DNA from: a virus | Length of the DNA stretch: 64,000 bases | Virus record (IMG/VR): IMGVR_UViG_3300024257_000005 | Coordinates: 41,678-105,677 of that record | Direction: 5' to 3' (one strand) | Shown here: positions 49,821 through 62,800 of the stretch, in pieces | Layout of the letters: every line of letters begins with the position of its first letter | Position numbering within the stretch: the first letter of the stretch is position 1 | Made by a program: the position numbers and the translations under genes | Notes under the pieces: generated by a model | The model's input: only the letters and a program-made list of their open reading frames with translations | The model's database searches: none | What the model was told of the DNA's origin: nothing

Positions 49821-50036
49821 ATGACAAAAGAGCGCACAAAAGTAGTAACAGTAACTGACCTGAATAGGCCAGATCTTGATCAGCATGTTCAGTCGGTAAT
49901 TGGTTACTGGGCTTCAGAAGGATATGACTATGTCAATTCGCATAACGTAGATAAGAAATTCGTATTGTTTTTCTCATTGCGTGAGTTTGCAGACATTGAG
50001 GATCTTGGACCTAAAAAAGAATTGCTTCACGGATAG
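49821..50036 (+). CDS. hypothetical protein
   Basis: SD AAGGA. Confidence 0.55.
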   Translation: MTKERTKVVTVTDLNRPDLDQHVQSVIGYWASEGYDYVNSHNVDKKFVLFFSLREFADIEDLGPKKELLHG

Positions 50037-50040
50037 TATT

Positions 50041-50541
50041 ATGAGAACCAATCTATCACACACATGGCCTGGGAAAGCAATACTTGTTAAGAGTGCCAAA
50101 GGTACATATACGATTATTCATCTAAGAGAATTGCCATACAACAAGTTTGAGACTGAAACATATTTGGCCGATAAGAATGGCGTCGCAATTAGTATGGAGC
50201 CTACAGCAGTATTTGTGGGAGATCTATTTGATGCTACAGTTAATAGATGCGATATTTATTACAAGCCTCGGAAACCAAAATCGGTTGCATCGGCCGTTCG
50301 GAAACCAAAATCGGTTTCCAAAAAACATGAGTTTATAGTAGATGAAGTCAAGATTGAAGACGAGCCACTTGTAATTGTTCACCCACCACTGACAGGAAAT
50401 GAGACTGGATCTGAAGGAGCTATTCATATTGATGCTAGTTCTGAAGACGCTCCCTTTAAAGAGCATGTGGGTGAGGTTGGTCCAATAACAATAACGGAAA
50501 AGGTGCTCAGCTCTGATGACATCAAATCAAGCATCAAATAA
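50041..50541 (+). CDS. hypothetical protein
   Basis: ORF with internal RKPKSV duplication. Confidence 0.55.
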   Translation: MRTNLSHTWPGKAILVKSAKGTYTIIHLRELPYNKFETETYLADKNGVAISMEPTAVFVGDLFDATVNRCDIYYKPRKPKSVASAVRKPKSVSKKHEFIVDEVKIEDEPLVIVHPPLTGNETGSEGAIHIDASSEDAPFKEHVGEVGPITITEKVLSSDDIKSSIK

Positions 50542-50854
50542 TCTACCTTCATTAGTAGATGTGCTCAAACGAATAGTAGCAGTATCTGAAACTTGTAATG
50601 AACTCACAGGAAATCTCAATACAGTTCTAACTGACATTCAGTATCTAGCGATATCATTATCGTTCCTTGCTGAGAATTATGGTGATAGTCCTGCCTTGGT
50701 TTCTAAACTGAGAGAAGATGTTAAATTTGCTTCATCATTACAGCAAAATGAATTACAAGAATTAACAACAAAAATACTAGGTTATCTGGACGACTTTATT
50801 GAGTTTGCCTCAGATAATGAAGAGTTAAAAGCAATCCTTAAAAAAAGAGGCTAA
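50516..50854 (+). CDS. hypothetical helical protein
   Basis: ORF in operon. Confidence 0.55.
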   Translation: MTSNQASNNLPSLVDVLKRIVAVSETCNELTGNLNTVLTDIQYLAISLSFLAENYGDSPALVSKLREDVKFASSLQQNELQELTTKILGYLDDFIEFASDNEELKAILKKRG

Positions 50855-50855
50855 T

Positions 50856-51518
50856 ATGAAAATTGTTAGAAACGTTTACAAAATCCCAGAGAAAGATCAA
50901 ATCAAAAATTATGAAGAGCTTGAAAAAATTATACAGAAGCATCTCAAATATGCTGACCGTTGGGAACAGATTGGACCCATGCTCGAGACTATTGAAGCCG
51001 ATTTTGCAAGCTCGCCTGCCTCTCCCGGGGGACATGGAGCATACATTGGAGGACTGGTTGAACACATATTAGATGTAATCCCATATGTGCTGTTAATTAG
51101 AAGCGTGTATGAGCAAGAAGGATTGGACGTCCCCACCGTGGAACAGTGCGTTTTTGTTTCTGTGTTCCATGACATAGGCAAGGTCACTGATGGTAAAGAT
51201 CCCAATTATGTTCCTCAGGATTCCGACTGGCATAGGAAAAATCTTGGATTTAACTTTAAACTGAATGACGAAACTGATGCTGGGTTGGAACACTGTGACA
51301 AAAGCTTATTTCTTTTACAGAAATTTGGCATCACAATGGACATTGAAGAATATCAAGCCATACGAATCCATGATGGATGCAACTATGGTGGAAATCAACT
51401 GAAACGTTATGGATATTCAAACGAAATCTGTCTCTTAACAGAAATACTACGAACTTCTGACATGATGGCAGCACAAAAGCGCGAGCATTTAGATATGCAA
51501 GCTGAAAAAGGAAAGTAA
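50856..51518 (+). CDS. HD-domain phosphohydrolase
   Basis: GGLVEH, HDIGK, AIRIHDG, SD. Confidence 0.85.
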   Translation: MKIVRNVYKIPEKDQIKNYEELEKIIQKHLKYADRWEQIGPMLETIEADFASSPASPGGHGAYIGGLVEHILDVIPYVLLIRSVYEQEGLDVPTVEQCVFVSVFHDIGKVTDGKDPNYVPQDSDWHRKNLGFNFKLNDETDAGLEHCDKSLFLLQKFGITMDIEEYQAIRIHDGCNYGGNQLKRYGYSNEICLLTEILRTSDMMAAQKREHLDMQAEKGK

Positions 51519-51519
51519 G

Positions 51520-51879
51520 ATGGAATTAATAACTGTTTTTTCAATAGGTTTTTTGGTTATATTGGTAGCAACAATAGGGAGGCTTTGGTTCTTAAATTCT
51601 CTCTATCTAAATATGATTAAAGATCACGAAGCGGAAATCGACACACTGATTACTGAGATCAATGGAAAAAATGACGTATTGGAAGACATATGGAATACAC
51701 TGCAGGAGGTAAAAAAGAGTCTAACATCAAATCCTGAAATGAATTTTTATTATGAGAAAAATGCCAAGGTGGCAGAGTTTTTCAATATGATTGACTCAAG
51801 TTTAGCAGAGGTCGAAAAGGTTTACAATAAATTACGAATGGGAGTATCAACAGATGCCAAAGAAGAGCACATCAAATAA
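51520..51879 (+). CDS. membrane-anchored coiled-coil protein
   Basis: N-terminal TM plus heptads. Confidence 0.6.
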   Translation: MELITVFSIGFLVILVATIGRLWFLNSLYLNMIKDHEAEIDTLITEINGKNDVLEDIWNTLQEVKKSLTSNPEMNFYYEKNAKVAEFFNMIDSSLAEVEKVYNKLRMGVSTDAKEEHIK

Positions 51880-52609
51880 TTATTTTGGTTCTAAGGAAGA
51901 ACAGTTTGTTAAAGAATATTTAGCAACAGAGTGGAGATCAGTCGGAGAAAAAAATTACTTTTTTGAACAAAATCTATATCGACCATTGAGTCTATTAAGT
52001 GAAAATATTATTAACACATATGGGAACTATCATGGATTCTTTAAAATGGGATATGAGACTCAAGAGTTGAAAGCCATTTGTCTCACATACATTCTAGAAA
52101 AATTCGACAAATTCGACCCAGAAAGACTTACATCGACAGGACAAAAACCAAGAGCATATTCGTTCTTTGGTACAATTATCAAACGACATTTAATTAGACT
52201 ATCTAAACAGGCCCAACAGAGATACAGACGCAGGTTGGATCTAAATGATGATGATACTTTCATTAATTATATTGATCATCCAGATCTTATGCATCTAGAC
52301 ACATATGAGAATGACGATAAGATTTTCATTGGTAAAATGTCTAAATGGTTTGAAGACAACCATCTAAAGATTGGTATTAAAATACAGAAGGAAATTGATA
52401 TTATGCATTCAATATTACAGCTGCTTGCTAATGCTCAGAATATTGAAAACACCAACAAGAAAGAATTGTATATCTATGTCCGTGAAATGACAGGACATGA
52501 GACAAAGAATATTACACCGACAATCAAGAAAATGCGAACAGCATATGTTCATCTCCGACAGAACTACGTCAACAAAGGTGAAATCATATCAGGATCAGTT
52601 ACAATTTAA
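51854..52609 (+). CDS. late-transcription sigma factor (T4 gp55-like)
   Basis: KFDPE..AYSFFGTIIKR sigma region-2-like motif; sits before structural genes. Confidence 0.65.
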   Translation: MPKKSTSNNYFGSKEEQFVKEYLATEWRSVGEKNYFFEQNLYRPLSLLSENIINTYGNYHGFFKMGYETQELKAICLTYILEKFDKFDPERLTSTGQKPRAYSFFGTIIKRHLIRLSKQAQQRYRRRLDLNDDDTFINYIDHPDLMHLDTYENDDKIFIGKMSKWFEDNHLKIGIKIQKEIDIMHSILQLLANAQNIENTNKKELYIYVREMTGHETKNITPTIKKMRTAYVHLRQNYVNKGEIISGSVTI

Positions 52610-52633
52610 ACCAGCAGACAATGCTCTATCCAT

Positions 52634-52659
52634 GCCCACTTTAATCGGTGGGCTTTTTT
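52634..52659 (+). terminator. intrinsic terminator
   Basis: GCCCACT..GGTGGGC plus TTTTTT. Confidence 0.8.
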
Positions 52660-52678
52660 GCGAAAAATTGTAAAATTT

Positions 52679-52688
52679 TATATTTATT
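52679..52688 (+). promoter_or_regulatory. putative late promoter
   Basis: TATATTTATT after terminator, heading the structural operon. Confidence 0.6.
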
Positions 52689-52718
52689 ACTATAACGTGC
52701 ACAAAACGGAGTAATAAA

Positions 52719-53201
52719 ATGACCGATGACATTCTAAAAGAAGAGCTATTCGAAGGCAAAACAGTATCTGATTTGTTAAGCCATATTTTCGATGAAACAA
52801 AAAAAGAAGATGAGCTCATAAAGACGACTATCACGAATCTTATGGAAGTGTTTGCTAACAATCCAGTGGGTGATGATGGAGAAAGTGAAAATCAGATAGA
52901 CTATGAAACAATTATGGGATTTGCAGCACCATTGATCAAGGATTTCATTGACATGTCTGTCAAGAATAAGAAGCACTATATTGATCTGGCAACAGTAAGT
53001 CAGAAATTCTTAACAACAAAGCAAGCTGCTCAAGCTGAAATTGATTCAACAAAACCGTGGGAAGTGCGGAAGGAAGAGATCATTAAAGAAGCCAAAGAGA
53101 CGGCCAAACAAATTGCTAGAGAAGCTGATGTAATAAAAAATACAATAGATAGTAAAGTGGGAAAATCAAATGGATCTACAGGACAAGAACAACCAAATTA
53201 A
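52719..53201 (+). CDS. hypothetical protein
   Basis: First gene of late operon. Confidence 0.65.
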   Translation: MTDDILKEELFEGKTVSDLLSHIFDETKKEDELIKTTITNLMEVFANNPVGDDGESENQIDYETIMGFAAPLIKDFIDMSVKNKKHYIDLATVSQKFLTTKQAAQAEIDSTKPWEVRKEEIIKEAKETAKQIAREADVIKNTIDSKVGKSNGSTGQEQPN

Positions 53202-53379
53202 TAGGCTCAACGATTGCGTTGAAGAATACAAGCTGAAGTCAAAGGACCTCAACGACCTATTGTTTCAAATCTATAGAACGAGAAATGAAATTAAAGTTCT
53301 ATGTAAGAATTTAGAAATTGATCTTCCTGATCTTGAGGGTGATGAAGACGAAGAAGAAAGCGGTAATGAGATCAAATAA
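53170..53379 (+). CDS. hypothetical protein
   Basis: ORF in operon. Confidence 0.45.
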   Translation: MDLQDKNNQINRLNDCVEEYKLKSKDLNDLLFQIYRTRNEIKVLCKNLEIDLPDLEGDEDEEESGNEIK

Positions 53380-54406
53380 TTCTACGTTTCAAGGTTCGTT
53401 TTCAGATTTATTTGGGAGTATAGATCGGAGTATAAATAGCGAAAAAAATGTCATGTTCGTTGCAAAGGTTGTTTCAATACCTGAATCGAACGTTGTAGGA
53501 CAGATTGAGTTTAATATCCCTGGTTTAGACAATCAATCCACAGAGTCTGAGGTGGCAACACCAAAAGATCCCAATTCATTTAGCAAGCCAGTTGTTGGAT
53601 CATATATACAAATAGAAGCTGTCCAGAGCAAGTTCTTCTATACTGGAATTATTAACTATTCAGACACGGACAATCTTGATATAATTTCTGACTTTCTATC
53701 ACCAGTTGAAACACAAACAGTTGTTGATGATTCGGCTGATAGCTATGAAGATACTATGGCAGCAGGAGGCCCGATTGAAGAACCTTCAGAGACAACATTT
53801 GTAGGACCAGATTCAGAGATCATACCGATTATTGAAAAAGAGGGAGACAATATCATAAAAGGGTTTCACAATAACACTCTAATATTCTCATATGATGAAA
53901 TCGGAAATTCTGTCACTTCGATCTATATAAATAGACAAGGAGCAGAATATGATATAAATACCCATGGAATATCAGTATTTGGTGAAGCAGATGTTGACTC
54001 ATCTCAGACATTTCCAGATGGATTCTCTTCAAATAAACCAAGTGAAGATCTAGGGAGTGCAATAAATTTAAAATCAGATAAGATACGAATTTCATCTGAT
54101 GCAGGATCAATATTCTTATCATCAGCTGCTACTATAGGAATTGCGGCGGCTCAAGATATTAATATCGACACACAAACAAAAACAACGATAAATAGTCCAG
54201 AGATTTATTTAGGTACTGGGGCAAGTGAGGCACTTGTTCTCGGTAATAAGTATGATGCTTTAATGAATGAGCTAGTAGATGCCATCTTAAAGATGACAGT
54301 TGGAACTGCAACAGGACCTTCTACTCCTCCAATTAATGCAGCCATATTTACAAAGATAAAAGCAAAGATTGCAGGCACACTAAGTGCTGTAAATAAAACA
54401 AACTAA
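53366..54406 (+). CDS. baseplate hub/central spike (gp5-like) protein
   Basis: OB-fold-like N-terminus, beta repeats, INSPEIYLG..GPSTPPIN tail. Confidence 0.6.
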   Translation: MRSNNSTFQGSFSDLFGSIDRSINSEKNVMFVAKVVSIPESNVVGQIEFNIPGLDNQSTESEVATPKDPNSFSKPVVGSYIQIEAVQSKFFYTGIINYSDTDNLDIISDFLSPVETQTVVDDSADSYEDTMAAGGPIEEPSETTFVGPDSEIIPIIEKEGDNIIKGFHNNTLIFSYDEIGNSVTSIYINRQGAEYDINTHGISVFGEADVDSSQTFPDGFSSNKPSEDLGSAINLKSDKIRISSDAGSIFLSSAATIGIAAAQDINIDTQTKTTINSPEIYLGTGASEALVLGNKYDALMNELVDAILKMTVGTATGPSTPPINAAIFTKIKAKIAGTLSAVNKTN

Positions 54407-54419
54407 CAGGAGTGACAAA

Positions 54420-54908
54420 ATGGATATTAAACAATTAGCACAGAAAATGTTAGGAATGCTTCGACCAGTATGGAAGAAAGACATGACTAAATTGCTCAAA
54501 TCACAAGCTGTGCAGGAAATGATTCGTCGTCAGGTACGTAAAGAGGTAAAGTATGCTTTATCGCTTATTAATGCACAACCTGTCGCAGAATCAATTCGCC
54601 CGGTAAAAACCATGCCGGCTGCTAGTATCAATGAGATTGCAAATCAGTTCGTTCAAGAAGAACCTGAAACAACTAATGCACCAGTCTCGCTGAATGTTGG
54701 CGGTGTAAATATTCCCATGGATATGACAGACTTCGGGCAGGAAACTGCAGTTGATGATTTAAGTCAGAAGATTGATGTAAATAATCCAGCAGTTGTAGAA
54801 TTGCACAACAAGCTATATGGGTCAGACTATTCTCGAATAATGGCAGGAACAGCAAAAACTGAGAAGGCATCTAGAGCAACAGCTATGATGCAAAAGGGTA
54901 TCATATAG
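54420..54908 (+). CDS. hypothetical protein
   Basis: SD AGGAG. Confidence 0.65.
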   Translation: MDIKQLAQKMLGMLRPVWKKDMTKLLKSQAVQEMIRRQVRKEVKYALSLINAQPVAESIRPVKTMPAASINEIANQFVQEEPETTNAPVSLNVGGVNIPMDMTDFGQETAVDDLSQKIDVNNPAVVELHNKLYGSDYSRIMAGTAKTEKASRATAMMQKGII

Positions 54909-54909
54909 G

Positions 54910-55155
54910 ATGCCACTAATAAAACCTCAGTTAGTTCAGCAACTGACTGCGTATTTTAAGAGTAATAACAAGTCACCAGAAGATGCTGCATCAGAACTCG
55001 CAGATATCATTGATGCATATATAAAATCTGCTCTGGTGACAGTGAATGGAGCTGGAATTGCACCTCCCGGAATACCTACAGCAGGATCTCCGGCAGCACA
55101 AGTAACTGTGGCTCCAGTTGCAACAACCGTAACAGGGACAGGAATGATAAGCTAA
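54910..55155 (+). CDS. small baseplate-associated protein
   Basis: LADIIDAYIKSA..TAGSPAAQ; context. Confidence 0.55.
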   Translation: MPLIKPQLVQQLTAYFKSNNKSPEDAASELADIIDAYIKSALVTVNGAGIAPPGIPTAGSPAAQVTVAPVATTVTGTGMIS

Positions 55156-55590
55156 ATGCCAGTTTTATATAACTATACAGGATCAGATTCTGAAACAGTA
55201 TTAATTACTGAAGAAAACATTGGGCTTGACTATCCATTTGGATTGACTGGTGCACCGTTTGGAGCTACTACAACTTCGCTTGATAGAATTAGAGCAAACA
55301 TTCGAATACTATTAAGAACAAATGTGGGTGAGAGACCAATGAAGCCTACATTTGGCGTACGATTAAAAGAGTTTATATTTGAACAAGTTGATGATGAAGA
55401 CGAACAAAGAATTAAAGACAATATTGCAACAGCTGTTGAGATATGAATACCAGAGGTAACTCTAGATTCTATAGCTCTTGATCAATCTGCAAGCGAAAAA
55501 GAGCTTCAAATACTAGGTGTTCAGATAAAATTTCACCTTAAAGATAATATAGATGTTACCGCAGAAGAGATTGTGGTATTAACATCATAG
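55156..55590 (+). CDS. baseplate wedge gp25-like protein (TGA=Trp at 55444)
   Basis: GERPMKPTFG; readthrough gives EIWIPEV. Confidence 0.85.
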
Positions 55591-55600
55591 GAGAATATTA

Positions 55601-57502
55601 ATGGCAACGCCAGTAAAGAAAAATGTAAATTATATTGGAAGAGATTTCTCTGGTTTACGGGAAAACATTTATACATTCATTAAGTCGTACTTTGGGAACA
55701 CATACAAAGACTTCACAGATTCATCTCCAGGTGAAATGCTTATGGAAATACCTGCATACGTTGGAGATGTTCTATCGTTCTATCAAGATAGCATGTTTAA
55801 TGAGCTATTTGATCCTAAGCAACGGAAGAATGTATTGGCACGAGCTAAGCTATTTGGATATAAAAGTACAGCTGCCATAAGTTCTATTACAGATGAAGAT
55901 GTGTTTATCGTTGTTCCTGCAACTGGATCGACTGGAGCAAAGACTCCTGATCTCAGATACTGTCCAGTAATTAGTGCAGGTCTGCAAATTTCAACAAAGA
56001 GTCCGGCCCACATATTTGAAACTCAAGAGGATATTAATTTTGCAATAATTGATACTGAGCTTGATAGCAACAATGTAGAGGTAGTTATATTTGCCGTTGA
56101 TGGCTCTGACATTCCTACTCATTTTTTAATTAGAAAAACAGTTCGTGTATTGTCTGGCGAAACAAAAACTATGACCCAGACTGTCACATCACCACAAAAA
56201 TATTTAAAAATACAGCTACCTTCAAAAACAGTTTCTGAAGTTATCTCAATTACAGATTCAGAAGGTAATAAATGGTATCAGGTCGACTCATTGGCACAGG
56301 ATACAGTATTCGTTGAGCAACAAAATACATCAGCCAATGATCCAGAATTGAGTGCGTATAGCGGTTCAGTTCCATATTTATTGAAATTGAAAAAAGTTCC
56401 TAAGAGATTTGAAACAGAGGTTGATGAAAATAACCTCACATATGTTCTATTTGGATCTGGAGTTCTTACGTCTAATGATGAAGAGATTATCCCAAATCCA
56501 AATAATGTTGGTACTCCATTTGCAAACGTTGATAATAAATATGACTATGCAATCGATCCTGAAAATTTCTTAAAGACGACTACATTCGGTGAAGCTCCAG
56601 CAAATACAGTTTTAACAATAAGCTATAGAGACGGCGGAGGTCTAGCTACGAATGTCCCGGCAAAAGCTATTACAGAAGTTGGAAATGCTACATGAACATT
56701 TTCAGTAACCGAATCAACACTGGACAGTCTTGCTCTCTCAGATGTAAAAAATTCGATTAGAGCATCAAACCCAGGAAAATCAACAGGTGGCAGAACCGAG
56801 GAAGACATCAATAGTATTGCATTTAATGCCAAGGCAAACCTCAATGCTCAGAAGAGATGTGTAATCAAAGAGGATTATATTGTAAGATCATATTTACTAC
56901 CGGCCAAGTTTGGATCGATTGCAAAAGTATATGTGGAAAAGGATGACCTAACAAGATCTGTGGGATCGGATGATATTAATCCTGCACTAGGAATTGTTCC
57001 AAGCCATGCAAATCCACTGGCAATCAATTTATTTTCATTGAGTTATGATTCGAATAAGAATCTTCAAGCATGTTCATATGCTCTCAAAAAGAACTTGAAG
57101 ACATATCTATCACAATACAGGCTTCTTACAGATACTGTTAATATTGTTGATGGGACTATTGTAAACTTTAAAGTCTTATTTGAGATCATCGTTGATCCTC
57201 ATGAGAATAAGCGAGCCATTTTGATCAATTGTGTAGACGCACTAAAGACATTTTTTAACATTGACAATTGAAGCTTCAATCAGCCAATCGTATACTCTAA
57301 AGTATATCAAGTGTTGAATGATGTAGCCGGTGTTCAATCGGTGCCAAATGTTGATATTATTAATGTTAGCGGAGGAACACATTCATCAAAATCAGTAGAT
57401 TTTCCAGCAATGACACAAAAAGGCATTATATATCCGATTAGAGATGTAAGTATTTTTGAATTAAAATACCCAAATCAAGATATCATCGGTAGTGCAAGCT
57501 AA
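55601..57502 (+). CDS. baseplate wedge gp6/J-like protein (TGA=Trp at 56693, 57269)
   Basis: RDFSGLRE, YVGDVLSFY, AQKRCV, IDNWSFNQPI; three supplied ORFs in one frame. Confidence 0.85.
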
Positions 57503-57516
57503 ACGGGAGAAAATTA

Positions 57517-58527
57517 ATGTATAAAAAATTCACAGCCAATAAAGACTCTTTTATTGACAAAAAGTTGGGCGAAAATAATTTCGGGAAGGATGAGCTACTT
57601 GAGGTAGGCAGGATTATTAGCAGTAGTGCTGTATATCCTAAGCGTTCTTTAATTTCATTTGACATTAGTGTGATTTCAGCATCTTTTGCTGCCGGATCAA
57701 TTAACTCAGGAAGCAATTTCGAACTATTAGTACATTCAAATCAAGGTTCGACAATGTTACAAGATGCATTCTATATTGATGCGTACATACTGTCATCCTC
57801 TTGACAAGAGGGAACTGGTTCTGTATCAGATAATAATGCATCAGGTTCTGTATCATGGATTTCATCATCAACAGCAGCATGAGTGACAACAGGATCAGAT
57901 TATTTGGCATCGCCCACGGCTTCACAATATTTTCCAACCTCATCAGGAGACTTAAGCCTAGATGTTACAACAATTATTAGCCAATCAATCAATTCTGAAT
58001 ATGACAATTATGGATTTTTGATCAGGCTACGAGACGAATCTACGGTTCAGAATCAAGATCCAAAATATTTCTATTCAAAGGATTCGTTCACAATATACGA
58101 CCCAGTAATTTATGCCAAATGGAATGATGTAGCAACGACTGGCTCGGTAGCAGATTCATCGGCATCTGTTGAGTATGTAGTTACATTAAAAAATAAACAA
58201 GAAGTATATTCAATACAAGAGCAAGTATATTGCGAGCTTCATACAAGATTACAAGATCCAACACTGACATTTGATACAAGTGTAGGATCGCTATCATCAA
58301 TTCCTTTGACAAATCTGGCTTATACAATTATAGACACTGCTACAAAAGAGACTGTAATTCCATTTAGTGCATACACAAGTTGCAGCTATGATAGTTCAAA
58401 AAATTATTTTAATATTGACATGGATGTATTACAGCCTAATCGAGCATATAGTTTAAAATTACAACATTCGCTTGCATCAAATGTTAAAAAATTCTACCAT
58501 GTTCACTCATTTAGAACCACGGAGTAA
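57517..58527 (+). CDS. virion structural protein, DNRLRE-like (TGA=Trp at 57802, 57880)
   Basis: NFGKDELLEV, SSWQEGTG, NYGFLIR. Confidence 0.75.
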
Positions 58528-58529
58528 TT

Positions 58530-59849
58530 ATGAATAAAATCCTTATTAATAGATCGACTGTAAATACTCAGACAGTTAGAGCTCAGACTCAGGCCTTAGA
58601 TAGTGAAGCGCTCAAAAAATCAATTATCAAAAAAGCCAAACTTGATATTAGTGAACTAGTATCAAAAGATCCCATATTACCAAACAGTGGTACAGGTGGT
58701 AGAGCTCATGATGAAATTATAGCAGATCTATATGCCGAGTTTGAGGCAGATTTTGGCGAAATGTCAAATGAAGAATTAGTAGACTTTTCTACACGAGTGA
58801 GATTAGAAATTGACACAATTGTAGAAAATGAAAGACTTGTTAAGAATAAGGGATTATTCATCGATACAGATCAGATATGTATGATCACAGGTAAGCAACC
58901 GTTTGCTGGAACTTCTTCTCCCCACAAGATCAGATTCCCAAACATATACAAAACCGTTGGCTCATATAATTTAGATCAGAATATTTTTACACTCCACTGA
59001 ATGCCAACGCTGAGACCAAATAGCACATTGAGCATTGTTAGGCATAAAGTTTTACATACTCCAGGGTATATGGGATGAGATCTTGAATTGTTATCAAATA
59101 TGAGATATAGATTTAATGCATGGATATGGGATAGAGACGATCAGAAAACTGAAATTATGTCTGTTACTTCTGATGCTAATCAACTTGTACAGCTAAATGA
59201 GTGAAATCATGTTACATTTGGATTTGACATAGGTGGCATTGTTATTCGCGTAGAAGACACTGTCAATACTCAAGCTTATTCAAAGAGCATAGATCTATTC
59301 TATGGAATTAGATGAGATTTCTTAAGCGTGTGAGACTTTGATGCTCCACTGGGACCAACAGGATATAGCGAAGAAGGTCCTATCTTAGGAGATCTATATT
59401 GAGTCTATCCTCAGCTTATTTTTGGTGGAATTAACGTGAGCGATAATACTTCCGATATTGGTCGGTTGAGAAACTCATATACGACAGATGAAAGATCTAT
59501 AGAGCCTCAACATCAAGTCATTGAACTAAATTCTGCACAAAGCCGATCAATTAAAAACGGATTAGATTCATATTACATTATAGCATTTAGAAGCTATATT
59601 GGTGTTCCATCAATAGAGGCTGCTGAAGATAGATTTGTTGACGACCTAAGTGAGAATAATTCATTAAGCATTGCAAGCGTACTAGATGTTCGCTTTGATA
59701 AAATACAAAATGGATCAATTAGAGATTATAGTGAAAGATCTAATCTAGTTGTTCTAACTGGTGACATGAAAATTAACATAGCTGCAGATCAACTAATCAT
59801 TGCTGGCACGAAGAAGCCAAGTCTTGTTAGCATAGAAGGACCCTTTTAA
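58530..59849 (+). CDS. virion protein with LamG-like segment (six TGA=Trp)
   Basis: No TAA/TAG in frame; LNEWNHVTF. Confidence 0.7.
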
Positions 59850-59851
59850 TT

Positions 59852-62800
59852 ATGATAAATCCAAACACTGAAAATACATATGGAGTTGTTCCTGACGTAG
59901 AAGATGCTTCAACAGGAGGAACTGCAGAAGTATATATTACAGTATTTAAGCTAGATGGAACGTTTGTATCTTCGAGAATCTTGCAGCCTGATGAATATAT
60001 CTATTCTACTGGGGGTACTGGACTAGATATTAATCTAAATCTGCACATGTCTAGATATCTAAGCGTTGAGCTGCCTACTGATAACTATGATATTAAAATT
60101 TCATTTGAAAAAGAGATCAATAGTAATATTTTCATTAAAGACGTCTCACCATCAAAGACGGAAATGCGTGTCGGTCTATCGGTCGAGGAAGATACTCAGT
60201 GAGACTATTGGCTTAATTTTCCAGATAGTTTTTTAGCATCATTTGACAAGTTTGTCACTGCTAATGGCGAACACTTTAGAATCATCAATGTAACACCTGA
60301 CTATTCTAAAGTTATTGAAATGCAAGGACCTATTGAGGAAAATATTTCTAATACTGAAGAATTAATTAGCTCTAAGCAGGCCCAAGTAAGTGGAGCGGCC
60401 AACATGCCTGCTGATATTGTTTTAGAATTTGTATCATCTATAGAAAATCTACAAACAAGCTTGGCACAGTATCAGGTAGATCTTAATAACATCATGCAAT
60501 ATGCTACGATGATTGTTAAATTAGAAAATCCTTATAAAGGACCGACCGAAGTTCCAATCAATAATTCTCACATCTATACAGAGCAATATGTTTCAGTATC
60601 ATATCAAAATGTATATGTCTATTTTGAAGAACATGGACAGGGAGCAACAATTGAATTAACCGACAGATCTACTAGAAATGATAGTACAGGAAATACAAAT
60701 TGGTTCAACTATGAAGAGCTAGTGCTCAATGACAGTGGTTCGTTTGAACAAAACATATCATCATCAAAAGTATCTGGTGTTAAAAACCTAAACATCGACT
60801 ATGAGGCTTTCCAAAATCATACATACTTTGGTCTGGCACAAGATAAGTTCGTCAATGCCTACACAAAGATTAGAGATATTGAGGCATACAATGAAATCAT
60901 CCAGACATTTCCTACATCTTCTGATGCACTTGTGACAAGTCAAAGCTATTCGGATAAAATCACTGAAATCAAGAATGATTTTACTCAGTATGAAAGATAT
61001 ATGTATGAAAAATCAGGTAGCTATGCTTGACCAAAATTTTCATCCGGTACTTCATCTATAAACTATTCATACTCATCATCACAGGTTCAAACATGGTACG
61101 GAATACAAGAGCTATCTGGATCTGTATTTGATAAAAACAACAAGTATTCGTTGATTAAAAATATTCCAGAAGTTATTGCTCTAGAAGATTCGGAGAGATA
61201 CTTAAGATCTCTATTAGGATCATGAGGGGATTTCTTTGATTATATTAAATCATACATAGAGCAGTTCCAATACTTGTTCACATTTGACTATGACAAGATT
61301 AATTCAGTTCCAGATGAAATTCTACATCTATACTCTTCAGTATTTAATATAGAATTATTCTCTGGATATGACGATGTAAGAGCTTCATCATATCTTCATG
61401 GTTCTAATCAAGCATCTGGATCGGCAGCTTTACGAGATGTCACACGAGAAAAATGGATTCGCTTATTCTCTTCAATGCCATACTTGAATAAAATTCGTGG
61501 AACAAGAAGATCAATTGATGCCATTTTAAACATCTATGGAATTCCTAGATCAATACTCACAATTAGAGAATTTGGAGGAAGCAAAACTTCTGGATCAGAT
61601 TATGTTGATGAAGATGTCAACACTTATGCATTAAATTTCTGGGGTGGTGAAAGCATTGAGGTTCAAAATGCAAACTATAGCCAGCTATCTGGATCTGACT
61701 TTACAATTGAAATGAGATATGCAACAACATCCTCTGGCGACCTACCGCTATTTGGAAATACTGGATTTAATGTAACACTTGAAGACAATGGAGATGCTGA
61801 TGACTATGGATCTATAGTTTGTAACATCTCTGGATCGCCTACAATTTGAAATGCTAGTGGATCAGATGCTGTGCCATACTTCAATGGTGATTGGTTCAAT
61901 ATTATTCTTAGAAGATCTGGCTCTGAATTAACTCTTAAGACAAAATACTTTAAAGAGGATCAAATGTTCTACGATCTTTCTGGCTCGGCAACACTTAGTG
62001 CCGTATCTCAATCTTATTTGGATGCCGGTGTTTATGCTGGTAATGTTTTATTCTTTGGTGCTACCGGATCTGTTGGAGCATACTCTGGTGCAATGCAAGA
62101 GGTAAGATTGTGGAGCTCATCATTAAGCGAACCTGCATTAACTCAGCATGCTTATGATTTTAGATCTGTAGCAATGATAAATCCTTTTGACATTGATGAC
62201 AATCTTGTAGCACACTACAAACTAAATGATAATGTGACCGGATCGACAGCCAATGACTATTCATATCCACCAGTTATTGATGTGACACTAAATGGATTTA
62301 CTGGAAATCAATATAGCAATTTCACAAAATCTACAAAAACTAATTTGAACTATTTTATGACTAGCAAATATTCGTCAAATCAAATCAATATTGGGCACAC
62401 ATCTGAATCTCAGACTGAAAATACAAATGTGATTGATATTATTTTCTCACCAGTCAAGGCAATCAATGAAGATATCATAAGCGATTTTGCCATGTATGAC
62501 TTTAACGATGCCATTGGAGATCCATCTGATATGTATAATGAAAAATATCTAGATCTAGAATCGTGACGTGAGTTTTATTTTAAGAAGCTACCTAATAATT
62601 ATGATTTCTATGCTTATATGAGATTTATTAGAAATTTTGATCAAAGCATTATGAAAATTGTAGAGACGGTAGTTCCAATGAGAGCAAAATTGTGAAGTGG
62701 AATTTTAATAGAGCAGCCTATTCTAGAAAGAACAAAATATAGATGGGAAAAGAGTTCTGTTGCAACAAATCATAATTCAAGTTCATTTGATGTCACGACT

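Noticed and set aside
50268-50316. 18-nt direct repeat CGGAAACCAAAATCGGTT
   Set aside because: Simple in-frame duplication (RKPKSV) with no further structure.
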